Assembly: GCF_040938485.1 (NCBI RefSeq)
Contig: NW_027271030.1
Span: forward strand, 3,534,001 to 3,598,000
DNA: 64,000 nt
Reading direction: 5' to 3'
From: Diadema antillarum
Taxonomy: Eukaryota
A program made the position numbers and the translations under genes. Below are positions 36,401 to 49,200 of this stretch, in pieces. The notes below the pieces were generated by a model that worked only from the letters and a program-made list of their open reading frames with translations, made no database searches and had not been told where the DNA came from. Numbering within the stretch: position 1 is the first letter of the stretch; the number at the start of each line of letters is the position of its first letter.

Positions 36401-37896
36401 TATTTCAAATTTCTTGGTATTTTTGTAGATAATAAACTTTCTAGGAAAATACATATTGATCATATTTGCAAAATCATCTCTCGAAATATAGGTGTTATGA
36501 ACAGACTAAAATTTTATAATTATTCCTGAAAAGACATTACTTGTGTTATACTCCTCTTTGATACTCCCTTACCTTCATTATGGAATTTTAGCTTGGGGCA
36601 ATACACATCAGACGCTGCTGAATAGAGTCTTATTATTGCAAAAGAAAGCCCTCCGTATCATTTCCAATTCTCCCACTCGTTCACATACAAATGTATTGTT
36701 TAACTGTAATAAGCTACTAAAAATTAACGAATTATTTTTATACAACTTAGGCCAATTTATGTATATGTATGATAACAGTTTACTGCCACCTATCTTTGGT
36801 TCTATGTTCCAAAAAAATCAATCATTCCATAATCACCCCGCCCGACGCTCTAACGAGTTTCATTTACCACTTCTTCGAACGATTTTAGCAAAGAATACAC
36901 TTATTTACACTGGACCTAATTATTGGAATTCCCTGAACCACGATATAAAATCTGCTCCCTCTATATACTCCTTTAAAAGGAGATTGAAGTTTTTTCTTTT
37001 GCAATCCTATAATGACGACCCCCTGAATCAGATTAGTTCATAGGCTTATTTGGTTTCCCGTCCGCAAAATCTTTATCGCCGTTTTTTTCATTATTGTTAC
37101 CTTTGCCTTAGCTTTGATTATGATAAGATCCTCTTTAACTTATACCTCGCAGTTGAAGGGTTTGTTGTATATTCTTCTTTTCTTCTTCTTCTCTTTCTTC
37201 CTCTAACCTCCGATGATCGTTGTCTCTGTTGCTTACTCCTGTCTATTTTGTTACCTCTTCGTCGCGCTGTAGTCTTGTTTCCTGTCGTGTCGTCGAGTCA
37301 GTTTTCTTCCCTATAAGTAGTCTTGTTGCTGTCCCAGTCTTGTCTCATGCTCATTATTTCGTTTGTTATTGTTTTGTGTGTAACTGTTTGTCCGTCTGTC
37401 TCTTAGTGGGCTGCTAAACTTTTTATGCCAAACTTTTCGTGCTGCTTTGTTGCTATATTTAGTCAAATTTTGCATCGAGTTTTTAATACAAGAGGGGCCC
37501 ACACTCTACAAGCATTGTCTTTTTAGTGGGTCCCTCCGTTTTTTCACACAGTGCATATTGACAATTCTTTCATTTTCGTTACTTCTGCAACAATTGCAAT
37601 GTATTGATACTATTAGTTTTTCTCATTATTGTTGGTTTCTTTGTACGAATTTACATACATTTTATCTGTCACTCAAGAAAGTGAGATTTATGTGTGTATG
37701 ATTTTATTGTGGAAAAACGAATAAATTCGAACTTGAACTTGAACTCTCCCCCCCCCCCCCCCTCCTTAGGGCTGGTGTCGGGGGGGGGGGGCTCATTTTG
37801 ACAAATTACGATCATATCACCATTAAGATGCTATCTGCCAGATCTGGTGAAAAATCGTTGTAGGGTTTGCAAGAAAATGCTGAAAATGTAATAAAA
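33105..37896 (-). repeat. Same satellite in reverse orientation (33105-34389 and 37746-37896), split by the LINE
   Basis: Recurring CCCCTGGATCCGCCATAATCAAACATGAAA, TTAATGTCTTCATAGCACTAACT, GGACTCTGAGGCTTCAA are reverse complements of the forward-arm motifs. Confidence 0.8.
34390..37745 (+). mobile_element. 5'-truncated, disrupted CR1-group LINE related to the 17729-20860 element
   Basis: ORF pieces 34334-37043 align with the intact ORF2 from mid-endonuclease to the C-terminus. Frameshifts near 35100, 35525 and 36525; TGA at 35990 replaces a Gly codon; YADDT motif. About 700-bp 3' UTR, AATAAA, (GAACTT)n tail. It interrupts a satellite unit (GCTTCAACT | CTCCC). Confidence 0.93.
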
Positions 37897-39212
37897 AACT
37901 AGAAATGTCGCTATGGCGACTGATGCCTCCGCCATAATGCATGATTCTCCCAATAGGTGTATAGTACAATGTCTTCACAATGTGTGTTGACAGTTTCACA
38001 TAACTGGCAAAATACTGAAATGACAGGTTTGTCAGAAATATCTTGAATGTTCACTTTCCTTGAACTGGGTTTGCTATAATTGTCTAAAGAGTGCAGGTAC
38101 ACATATTTAGGGAATTGAGAATTTTTACTTGACTTCTGACGGCCCCTTATGCATTGAGTAATTTCCAAGGTATGAAAAAAGAATGTAATTACAGTACAAA
38201 ATAGTCGTTGTTTTTTTTTTTTTGGGGGGGGGGCATTGAAACCTGGCCCTTGATCCTTAACCTTTGACCTTTGACGTTCTGGCTGGAAATTTCCCGGAGA
38301 ATCTCCATCAGGTAATGCACGTATATATTAAGTTTTAAAACTAATAATGCAAGCATTGCATATACTAGTATATGAGGGAAATAGTATAATTTTGAGGAGT
38401 TGACCTTGACCTTTGACCCCCTGACTATTGACCCACGACCCCTGAATTCCCTAGATAATCCCTGCCAGTCAGTACATGCGTATGCACCAAGTTCCATGAA
38501 GATACATTGAACCATTTGCGAGAAAAGTGATATTGCAACATTTTCACCTAATCTTTGACCTTTTGACCTTTGACCTTATGACAAGAAACTCTCTTTGGAG
38601 AATCTTTACGCAGTAGCGCATGTTTACACTAAGTTTCAAGAAAATACCTTTGGGCATTGATATGGGGGAAATAGCAACATTTATACCATTCGACCTTGAC
38701 CTTTTGACCTTTGACCTCTTGCCAATGTCACTAAAATCTACTCAACTAATTGTCCCATCATACATCATCCTTGCACCAAGTTTGGTGAAAGCTGCTGCAT
38801 CCAGTTTTGAGTTATCACGTAAACAGATAAATTTTAGGATTTGACCTTGATCTTTGACCTTTGACCTCTGTCCGATTTCACTAGAAAACCTATCAAGTAA
38901 TTGCCCCATCATACATCATCCTCCGACAAAGTTTGGTGAGATTTGCTCGATCCAGTCTTGAGTTATCGCGTAAACGGACACAATTTCATGATTTGACCTT
39001 GACCTTTGACCTCTGACCTTAGGCAGATTTCACCCAAAATCTTATCAAATAATTGCCCTATCATACTTTATACTTGGACCAGGTTTGTTAAATTTCCAGT
39101 CAATATTACTCAAGTTATCGCGTAAACGAAAGCGGACGGACGTACGTTCGGACGGACGGACAACCCGAAAACATAATGCCTCCGGCACCACTTCGTGGCC
39201 GAGGCATAAAAA
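37897..39212. mobile_element. Second Helentron/DINE-1-like element (different family), nested in the foldback element
   Basis: Starts AACTAGAAAT, hairpin GTCGC-TATG-GCGAC, subterminal ATGCCTC / GAGGCAT, degenerate TGACCTTGACCTTTGACC cores, (GGAC)n at 39134-39161, A-run at the end. Confidence 0.78.
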
Positions 39213-42200
39213 GACAGATGGTCGCTAAGACAGGTGGTAAAGATGGTAATGGTTCGTGCGCAGCTTTGATTGAGAGTTTCTCTTCCATCTCTACATAATA
39301 TAGGTGAAATGAATGGTTTGCACATTTCCCGGCGACGTTTTGCACATTTCCCGGCAAAATTGATCATTTGCACATTTCCCGGCGTCACGTTTGCACATTT
39401 CCCGTTGATGAAATTTAGAGATTTGCACATTTCCCGGCAAGACGTTTGCACATTTCCCGGCGTTTGCACATTTCCCGGCGAGACGTTTGCACATTTCCAG
39501 GCGTTTGCACATTTCCCGGCGTTTGCACATTTCCCGGCTCCACACACCGTCCCTTTCATTTGGATGCTAAACATAAAAATGAATACATTTATCCTTATTC
39601 ATCAAATGATTTGTGTTTAATGACCACTTATGACCAGTGCTACTAGACAAGCCCGATTCTTCTAATATGGGCAAAGTCGTGACATAATAAGCATCCCATT
39701 GATATTTTCTCGTGTGTGAACACGGACAGTCACATTCTGAATGGTGAGGTGTACGTGTCTGACTATTGACATTGATACTAGCTTCCCACTTTCGTGCGAT
39801 TCGTTACAAAGGCCACCAATAGCCATTCGTATACATGTAGTTGATTGTGGAAGTTTGTTTACTTTATTGTGATAAGTTGATCCTCTTTCTGGATGATATT
39901 TTTGAGCTTTTTCTCTAGAGGGGTTTATTTCTCATGAGTAACTGTACGATTCTGCCATTTCGATTTCTGGTAAAGACGATTAATTCACTTCTTTTGTTCT
40001 CTCGGCCTTTTAGCTAAAGTAAGTTCACAGTGAGGATATGCTCTCTTTAATCGTGGAATGAGGCGCACACATGGTTTGTCCGGTATACTGCGCGCGAGAA
40101 CTCGAAACAGATCGTAAGACTCCGTGAAAAACAAAACAAAGCAAAACAAAAGCAAAAGCTAAAGCAAAAAAAAAACCCAAACATTTCACTACTCCCTATC
40201 TACTCGTATCTACTCTTACCAACTCATGTCATCACGTGAGTCATTCTTGTCAGGTTGTGAGCAATGGTACACCCACCAGAGGGTCACTGATCGTGACAAA
40301 TCGTAGATGATCGCGGCGCATCTCAACAGAGCACTGTCACAACGATTTTGAAGCACGATTTGATGCGATCTGTTGAGATCTAAAGTGATGATCACGATTC
40401 ACGTTTAACAGGTTTAATCGTGTTGCTCGTGGAAAATTTCTGAACTGTCCAAAACTATCCTACGCTCAAAACAATAGACATGAAAGAAAGACATCAAGTT
40501 CTTACAAGATCTGACTGTCTGATAGGATCAACACGATTAATCCAAGATAAAGACCACGATTTCAGTCGTGGCGCGAAACATAATAGTGGGAAAATAGCAT
40601 TAACCTTCACCTTTGACAGAAATCCACCCAATGTAGACCGTAAAAGCAGGTAGATATAGAGTTGGAAGAACGTGATTGTAAATGAGAACTAACTAGACTG
40701 CTGGAGGAGAGAAGAAAGAAGTGAGAGAGCGTAGAGATGAATTGGGGACAGTTGAACGTCCACGACAGAATTTAGGAAATAACACATCAGGTACCGGTTA
40801 GCAGTTACAGAGTAAAACGGTCTATTTATATAAATTTTGTAATAACTCTGGATTAAAATAAGCATTTGAGATGAAATTTTCTAAAACATTTCTTTTATGT
40901 ATATATTTTCATAATACATAACAAGCACAAGCCATTCGCTTTACAAACACAAAAGGCAGAGATATAAATACACCAAACTTTCAGCCCGTTTTTCTACAAA
41001 GTAACATTTCTCAAGATAGACCCTTTTACCATGTGACGGCCGCGGTACCGCTGTACTGATACTCATTCTACGGGTTATATTTCGAGACACACAAATATCA
41101 TCAGAATCACAAACATAATTTTCTACACATCTGACATTATTATACCGAGATGATAAGCTGAGCCCAGCGGCAAAATTCACAGAAAAAAAAGTACAATCGT
41201 CAACAGACGTTTATATACCATAGACAAGGGACGTAGAGGAATATCATAACCAATGTAACATGCCTTAGAGAACAACAGCAATAACAACAGTAACAACAAA
41301 ATAAGCAGAGTCAATTCTAAATTCATTTGAAGAGAAAAAAATCTTGTGAAAAATGCAATATCATCCTGACTGGAATAACGCTTATTAATATCAAATAAAA
41401 TCATATAGAGAAAAAAAAACAGTATGACTTCCTAATAGGGCCTATATATACACGCCTACTTTTTTCCAGGAAAATTGTACCCCGGCACAATCCTAAAACA
41501 AAGGCTATTTGATCCCTGATGCCATTTTTATTCCACATTCACTATGACACTTTCATTTCAATAAAGCGAGCATAATGATACATGTAATACGAAACTGAAC
41601 AATAGCGATCCAAGCTAACCAGTGTGATATAACCTTGAGGATTTGACATTGTGAGTTATCATAAATCTAGGCCTTGTTTGCATTTTTCTTTTTTGACATG
41701 TGTCAAGTACCGTCTGACGTCACAGGAACAACAATAACCAAGCAAAGTTCCTCGACTCGTCTGCATGCTCTGTTCATGACCACTTTCAAAGTTCAGTGTA
41801 CACAAGATACGTTGATAAAAATTTGCTTGGTCTTTCTATTTGCGAGAGCACCTTTTGAGTCTTGCTTCATGAACTTCAGACTAAACTATTCTAACACACA
41901 CACACATGCACATACACACACACACACACACACCCTGAATAATGCAAAAGTCTAAATCAAGAGTATCAAATCTGCAATTGAATAGCTTGCTGCCAAAAGG
42001 CGCTCAGTCCATTGAAAATTATGGATTTAGGACCTTTAGGAAACAAGCTCTTCAATTATTATTGTTTGCAATGTCATTCAGGTAGCACCAAAACGATATT
42101 TGACTTCACAGCAAGATAACACATTTTACGTTACTATTTTGACATAAAGATAGGTACATGAATCTTAAATACATTTCACATAGAGGTTTTTTGGCATGTT

Positions 42201-42707
42201 ATTGGAAGAGACACGAATCTAAATAAAGTTTCTTTGATGTACACACAGTTGTGTACACACAGTTGTACCTAATTTTTCATTCATAACTGCGCATTATCAT
42301 TTATTATTCATATACATTTTACGCATTCATATTATATACAAACATTCACACAAGTTCACACACACACACACATACTCTTGTACACACACTCACATACACA
42401 CACATACACTCATACAAACACACATACACATATAAATCCGTGTCAAGCAACTGTTTCCAATCTTCCACATATACATACTGAGGTGAAATGTGAGTGATAA
42501 GACGGGAAGTGAACTTAGGCGTGTCATTATAAAGGTGGTCCTTCTCGTACACATTGATTTGCAGGAATTGATTTCTGCGCTGTTGTGAGTCCGCTCATTG
42601 GTACGGGTACATTGTCACGCTGCCACGTGTGACGATTTGGGTGGACGAATCTGCAGCCTTTCGGACATTCTTCTCGGTATATTACACTCTCAGTAACAAC
42701 CTTTGAA

Positions 42708-45433
42708 ATGAGAATATCTAATTCAAAAGCGTTTGGGATTATCGTAATCATCACCCTCGTGGGTTGCCTCTGCCATGTCCGCGTCCCTAACGACCTCGTG
42801 GATCCGTGGCACTACCGTGCCTCGATTGTGGGGTTTCGGTTGGCAAAAATAATGGTGCGTATAGATTTAAGTGTTTACCTTCCTCACACTCATTTCTTAT
42901 TTTCATCTCCCCCCCCCCCCCTTGTTTTCCTCTCTTTCATTGCATTCTGGGCGCATTTTTCGTCATTGAAACATTAACGCTTATTTCATTATTATGGAGC
43001 CTACATCGTACAGCTTTTGCTTTTTAGTGTAGGCTCCGCATTACACATTATCCATACATTGTAGATATTCATTTTTCTTATAGGGCCTACATTTAACTGC
43101 CTTTTGTTAAACCTATTTCTCTATAGATCAAATGGAATGTAGAATGTACGAAAATGTGGAATATGGAACAATGAATGAAACAAGAAAATCCTCCACTACG
43201 TCCCGTATAACTACCAAATATCATGCAATCATTTGTAGATAGTGGTAACATACTTGCATAATTTCCATTTGATTAAAAAAAAAATAACTCGCTATATTTG
43301 GAGCACTATAATGACCACTATCCTTGACCACAACCACGACGACATTTGACTATGAGACCATCACGATTGACCGATATTGCTCACCAGATACACGGGTATT
43401 TTGTCTTTGACATGCATTCAGATGGGGACTTGCCGCTTATTCTATCCTCTGGATAACAACTACGTCTTCACGGCCCGTTTTCTCACGGAGGTGGCTATAC
43501 CCGCTGCCGACTCGCAGGTTCGCGGTTCACACATCACCGCCCGCTACACCGAGTTTGACGGGGTGAAAGTTCTTCTCTACGAACCAGTGAGGCGCGGTTC
43601 CGAAGCACTGCCTGGGTTCGTCTTCTTTCATGGAGGCGGGTACATTGTCGGGAGCGCAAGTGAGTGTTGGGAGTAACTGTTTGCGTATTAGCATTAGACA
43701 TCCTGAACACAACTTATTTGTCTTAAAGTACGAGAAATATAAGAAATGTCATTTCATGCGTTGTTGTATAAATTCCATAAAGTACTGTCAAGTAAGACAA
43801 ATTCAAGGGAAATTAGAAAAGATTGCAAAGACTGTATTGATCGCACCCATCTACTCAGAAAAGAGAAATATTGAAAACCCCTTTGTCTCTTTTGGTAATA
43901 TCCGTGGTTTTGAGTTTAATGATGCCGCACTGCAACGACTGCGGGTTGACAGGGAGCTTCGCATCACTATAGGGCATTAACTAGGATTTGTCTCGTTTTT
44001 CCCCGAAGAATTCCATGGTCACGTGACTCGAAAGCTAGCGGAAGAGCTAGGAGCTGTGGTGGTTGCGATAGAGTGAGTATTTTCTTCTTTGTCAGTTGGA
44101 TAAAGAGCAACAACCTGAACACTTCTTTCTTGCATCTTGTACCTGTAACCCCCAGCTGTAACCATGATGATTTGAATCTCTTCTAACAAGTTTTTGGCAT
44201 GTGTATTTCATGAGAGCAAATAAAGCTGCCCTTTGATCCCAAGGTTTTTAACCGGAAAGAAGGAGGCTATTTTAAGCATGGTTTGAAAATAATAATATTA
44301 GGGAATATGTTGCATGCGTTTGTAAAGTCTCTGGGCTGAGAAAAGAGAAGGTATGTACAATATAAAATTCAGCAGGTGTTTACATTGTAGTTACTGTTTT
44401 CTTGCTAATTGTGAAGTCCACGTCTTTGAAGCGTTTGTCAGGAATTGATAAAGCCCTACGCCCTACTGTAAGTATAAAGTTGGTGCAAAATTTACCATTG
44501 TCAGAATCTTCTTCTGGTTTTTTTTTTTATACCTTCACTGCGCTGCAAATCTTTGAAAATATATCTTGCAGCTATCGCCTGGCTCCCGAACACGTCTTCC
44601 CGGCTGCCTTCGAGGACTCCCTGACTGTTACAAAATTCTTTTTAAATCATGCCCATGATTACGGCGTCGATCCAAGCCGAATAGTCGTCGGTGGTGACAG
44701 CGCAGGTGGCCAAGTCGCTGCAAGCATTGTGCAAGCCGTCTATGACGACCCCAGTTTGCCAAATATTAAGCTGCAGGTCCTTTTCTATCCCTGGCTCCAG
44801 TTTATCGACTTCAACACGCCGTCGTACCAGTACCACGATTATACGTTCAGTGACTCGCCGCGAAGGCTAATCACACTTTTTGTGTCCGCATATTGCCTAG
44901 GAAGAATAGATGAGTCCTTCTTAGACCAGCTCATGGCAAATATGCACACCAGCAGTGAATTGAAACAATCGAACACATACCAGGAACTTCTCAACCACGA
45001 CACCATCTTCAAAATGCTCGAAAAGATCCCCAAATATCCTAAATACAGCAATGTGCCTGTGCAGCCGACATCCGCCGCATTTTCTTTAGCGAAGTATCAG
45101 GCGTTTTATAAACCACAGAGTCACTTTGACGCCAGCAATGACACACTGTGGGAAGAGGTCCGTGGGTGTCTCCTCGACCCCCGCAACGCCCCTCTTTTAA
45201 GGGACAACTTTCGGGGCCTTCCAAAGGCCTTCGTTGTCACTGGCGACTACGACAGCATACGGGATGACGGGATTTTCTACGTGCACGCTTTGGAGAAAAG
45301 CGGTGTCGAAGTGACCTGGAGAAACTATCTGGGGACTTGGCACGGTTTGATGGCATTGGGTCCACTGAAAATTTCTCCCACGGGTGTGGAAATGATAAAG
45401 GCTGCTGTTCAGTTTATCAAAGACAATATCTGA
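42708..45433 (+). CDS. AADAC/NCEH1-like carboxylesterase, copy 3 (4 coding exons, 436 aa)
   Basis: Exons 42708-42854, 43422-43659, 44009-44072, 44572-45433; GT-AG; phases 0/1/2; 1311 nt. FFHGGGY, VVVAID|YRLAPEH, GDSAGG, DYDSIRDDG, YLGTWHG. Confidence 0.92.
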
Positions 45434-46266
45434 TATGCATAATGCCTTTAGTTGTCTGTACATTGTACTTGGTTACGAAAACAATCACAATCTACTTTGT
45501 TAAATGGAGAACTTTGTAAATCAAACGAATTGAATACGATGAAAGTAGACTGGACAACGATATTGAATTCCATAAGCACGAAGCTTTGTAGTGATGGATA
45601 CTTTGCATTTTCAATATACTTTGTATTACATTTGGAGGTTGAAATACTATCAGAAGACAAGTAATGACTGTATTATCATTTCGAAAAGTCATTATTGTTT
45701 TGAAATCTCGATTTTTTATTGCTCTTATTAATACTGCGCAAGACTCCGAGATTCCCGCTTTTGTTAGGGAATAAATGTATGCGGAAATGGATGATAAAAT
45801 AAATTAAAATGTATTATACGAGATTTTAAATCATTTAAGTAGCGATAAACTCGTGTGTAGACAATCACGAACATAAACGAACGAACAAACAAACAAACAA
45901 TTTTACAGAATGTGAAAAGTTAACGACAGGGAAACACGGTAACCATCATGGTCATCCTGATCTTCTGCAAACTTCAGAGATTAATGAATTTCATTTACCA
46001 TCAACCCTGATTTATTTACTGATCATTGTGATCAATGTTAATGCCTTGCTTTCGAAAACATGAACAGCAGAAAAAAAAAACAGATTCAAAAACAAATCCC
46101 CTTCCCTATCCTACCTTCCTGCCCCACGCACACACATTTCACTCATAGGGTACAGAACGGATTTTTGTTTGTCCTGGTTGACCAAACTAGCATTTAAAAC
46201 ACATTCTAGCAACACAGTCCAATCGTATTTCCTGCATTCGGCTACCTTGCTATTTGTTAACTCTGC

Positions 46267-49200
46267 TTAATTTCCACGGTGACGGGCTATTAATACCGCC
46301 AAAACGGTGAGCAGTCCGGATAAAATATCAGCCACAGCGCATAGCGTGAAGGGGAGGTTGTATGAGCCACTGGCGTCGAAAACTGCACCTAGATTTTCGA
46401 AGAAGATGAAACAATGGAATTAAACGAAATAAGGGTTAATATACATGTCCTCCTCTAATGTCATAATGTCATTCCTCATCTCCATGTTATCCATGCTTCT
46501 CCTTTTAATGACAACATAATGATGATATCATTAGGATTAATTCATTACACATATAGCTGTCATGAATGGGGCAATTGCGATGATTCAATCATGTTAACCC
46601 ACTACGAAAAGTTTTATATTATACTGATACGTCATAGATTTCAGCCTTATAGATTACAGCTTGGTATTTCAGAAGTATAATTCTATGAAATTCGGAATTC
46701 CATGTCATAACATGTAATTCTGCATGCATTATCCGATTTATAAGATGAAAGCAAAACTCTACAAGGGAATGTCCCCCCCCCCCCGAAAAAAAAAACACGA
46801 CAGCAACAACAAACCAACAACAAATGGTAAATGATACGAGGCGGTTTTTGTTTGTTTGTTTGTTGTTATGTTTTCTTTACTCACTTGGTTTTTTAAGGGA
46901 GTTATGTGAATTATACGTTCACTGCAAAAAGTCCGGTGTTAAATATGACACACCGAGCTGGTGTTAAATTTCCGGTGCTCATTCATGGTGTTAGATTAAC
47001 ACCTCCGGTGTCATTTCAAAATTTAAAATTGTTTTTTTAATAGTTTCTTACTTACTGCACTTCTTGTTAATTTTGAACTTCAACAAGACGATAAAGAATT
47101 TTCCGATAAAGTACTTGATTTTTGAAAAAAATGTGTAAACACATTTACACCACAGTAACACCAGTTGGGGTGGTCCCCTATTGAAGCTGGACGGGTGTTA
47201 TACCATTGAAATTAACACCATCAATATCAAATCAACACCATGCGGTGTCATTATTGAATTAATTCTAGCGCAGTGTCCAAAATATCACCAGCCACAGTGT
47301 CAAATTAACACCACGAAGTGCCAGCGAACACTTTTTAACACCGTCACAATACATTTTCAACACCTGTGGGTGTGGTCCTCTATTGAAGTTTGATCGGTGT
47401 TAGATTTATCACCCATGGTGTTAAATCTAACACCGATGTTTTTACAGTGTTGTAACGTGATTGCTATTCATACTGCATTATCATATCATGTTTCATATCA
47501 CCCCTTTGATGGGTGATGTTCGTTACTTCAAAGGTAATTCTTCATTCGGAAACCCACACATTCTCTATACATGCACGTTCGTAAATCCGAAAATGATAAA
47601 GGGTTCGTTATTACGAACAGTATTTTGTTGCGTTATTTTGAAGGTTCGTTAGTCCGAAAATGAAATGAGGTTTGTTATTTCGAAGGTTCGGGAAAAAAAA
47701 AAACCTTTTTAGGTTGTTGTTTTTTTTTCATTCTTGGAATAACAAACCTTTGAAATAATGTACCTTCGAAATGACGAAGTGTAACCTTAGCTAGAATCAT
47801 GAAAGGTGAATGTAACCTGGATTCCTGTTACCATCTAATCCTTAACAGGGAATACATGTATGTCATATTCACCTGTCATAAATCCGCCGAGAATTTCCCC
47901 TGATCCGGCAGCCAAGTAAAATATGGCTAAAGCCTTTATCTCGTATTCTTCAGACACGAAGCTCTTCGCTAGCACACTGTTCAAGACGGTGGATGCCCCG
48001 ATCGTCAAGCCACTTGCTACCGACAGCATGGCTAGTCCTGCGAAAGATTCTACCACAATGTTCAACAAAAAGGCCGAGGCCGAGCACAGGTGAAGCACAC
48101 AAAATGTCAAATAATCTGGAAATAATTGTGCGCGGGAAAACGGGCCGATGAACAATCTTCCCAAGATATTTGCACTCCCGCCAAAAGTCGCAAGCAGCAC
48201 AGCATGCTGTAGAACAATGCCTTTCGACAGCGCATTGGGGATGACAAAAATAATCCATGAGCTGTACGGAACGAAGCCGAAAATGAAGGTGATTCCCAAC
48301 ACTATAAACGCTGGAAACTGACGAAATAGATCTAGGTGAATGAATGACTGTATCCATTCCACCAATGTTGCCATGCATCTCGTCTCACTAGGCCGGTTGT
48401 CCTCGAGGATATTTGCGGGATGAGTGAAACTGTCATCGGCACTTCCATTTTGATCCGAATCCTAGTTTGAAATCGAAAAGAAGATACACGTGTATGAGTT
48501 GAAAGTTTAGTGTGCTTTACGACATTCACGAAAAGTTTGGGCTTATATTTTTGATAAGCTGTTTTGCTTACATTATGAAAATTATTGATATGTTGTTCTT
48601 TGAGAGAACACAGTAGTCACATGCTGTTGTTGTTGACGTCACGCCTCTCTGCCGAACTTCCGGATGTATATCAAATAACCAATTTTGTTTTTAAATGTAT
48701 ATCAGGAATCGACAGTAGCATTTTTTTCTTCAGCTGGTCCGTTTTGACCTATAAAATCTTTGAATTTGAAATTTTGGTGGACAGAAAAGAAATGTATTGG
48801 CCCGAAATAAGAGGAAACATAACTTTAAAAAAAAAATCTAGATGTTTGATCAGGCCATCAAAAGATAACCTCCCAGAAAATTCGGTGGCTCGACATCAAT
48901 TTTGGTAGCCCACCAGGGCTATCGCTTCACCGCTAAATGTTGAACCCATTGATATTCATGTAATGAGTGTAGATACGGTTATAGGTTAGCAAAACTGCAG
49001 CAGATGATTAGGCTAGTAATGTATTAAAGGCTCTCACCTGTGGATTCTCCTCCACAAGTGGCCTAAATAGGGCGCAACAAGGAAGGAGGTGTAGTTGAAA
49101 ACCGCCCAGGATGAGCATAGCTCCCCTCCATCCGTAGGTTGAACGGAGCTCCTCGGCTGCTACGGGGAGAGTCATCATGCCAAGACCTCCAGCAGTCAAC

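Larger units (their letters stand above)
29499..39543. mobile_element. 10,045-bp non-autonomous foldback element with ~300-335-bp motif-array TIRs
   Basis: Termini GTGGAGCCGGGAAATGTGCAAA / TTTGCACATTTCCCGGCTCCAC. Exact 7-bp flanking duplication ACACCGT (29492-29498, 39544-39550). 12 left and 10 right copies of CCGGGAAATGTGCAAA. Inverted homology continues ~80 bp past the arrays and then into the satellite. Confidence 0.85.

Noticed and set aside
42528-42533. TATAAA upstream of copy 3 (and near 61546 for copy 4)
   Set aside because: Expected by chance in AT-rich DNA; no transcription start data.
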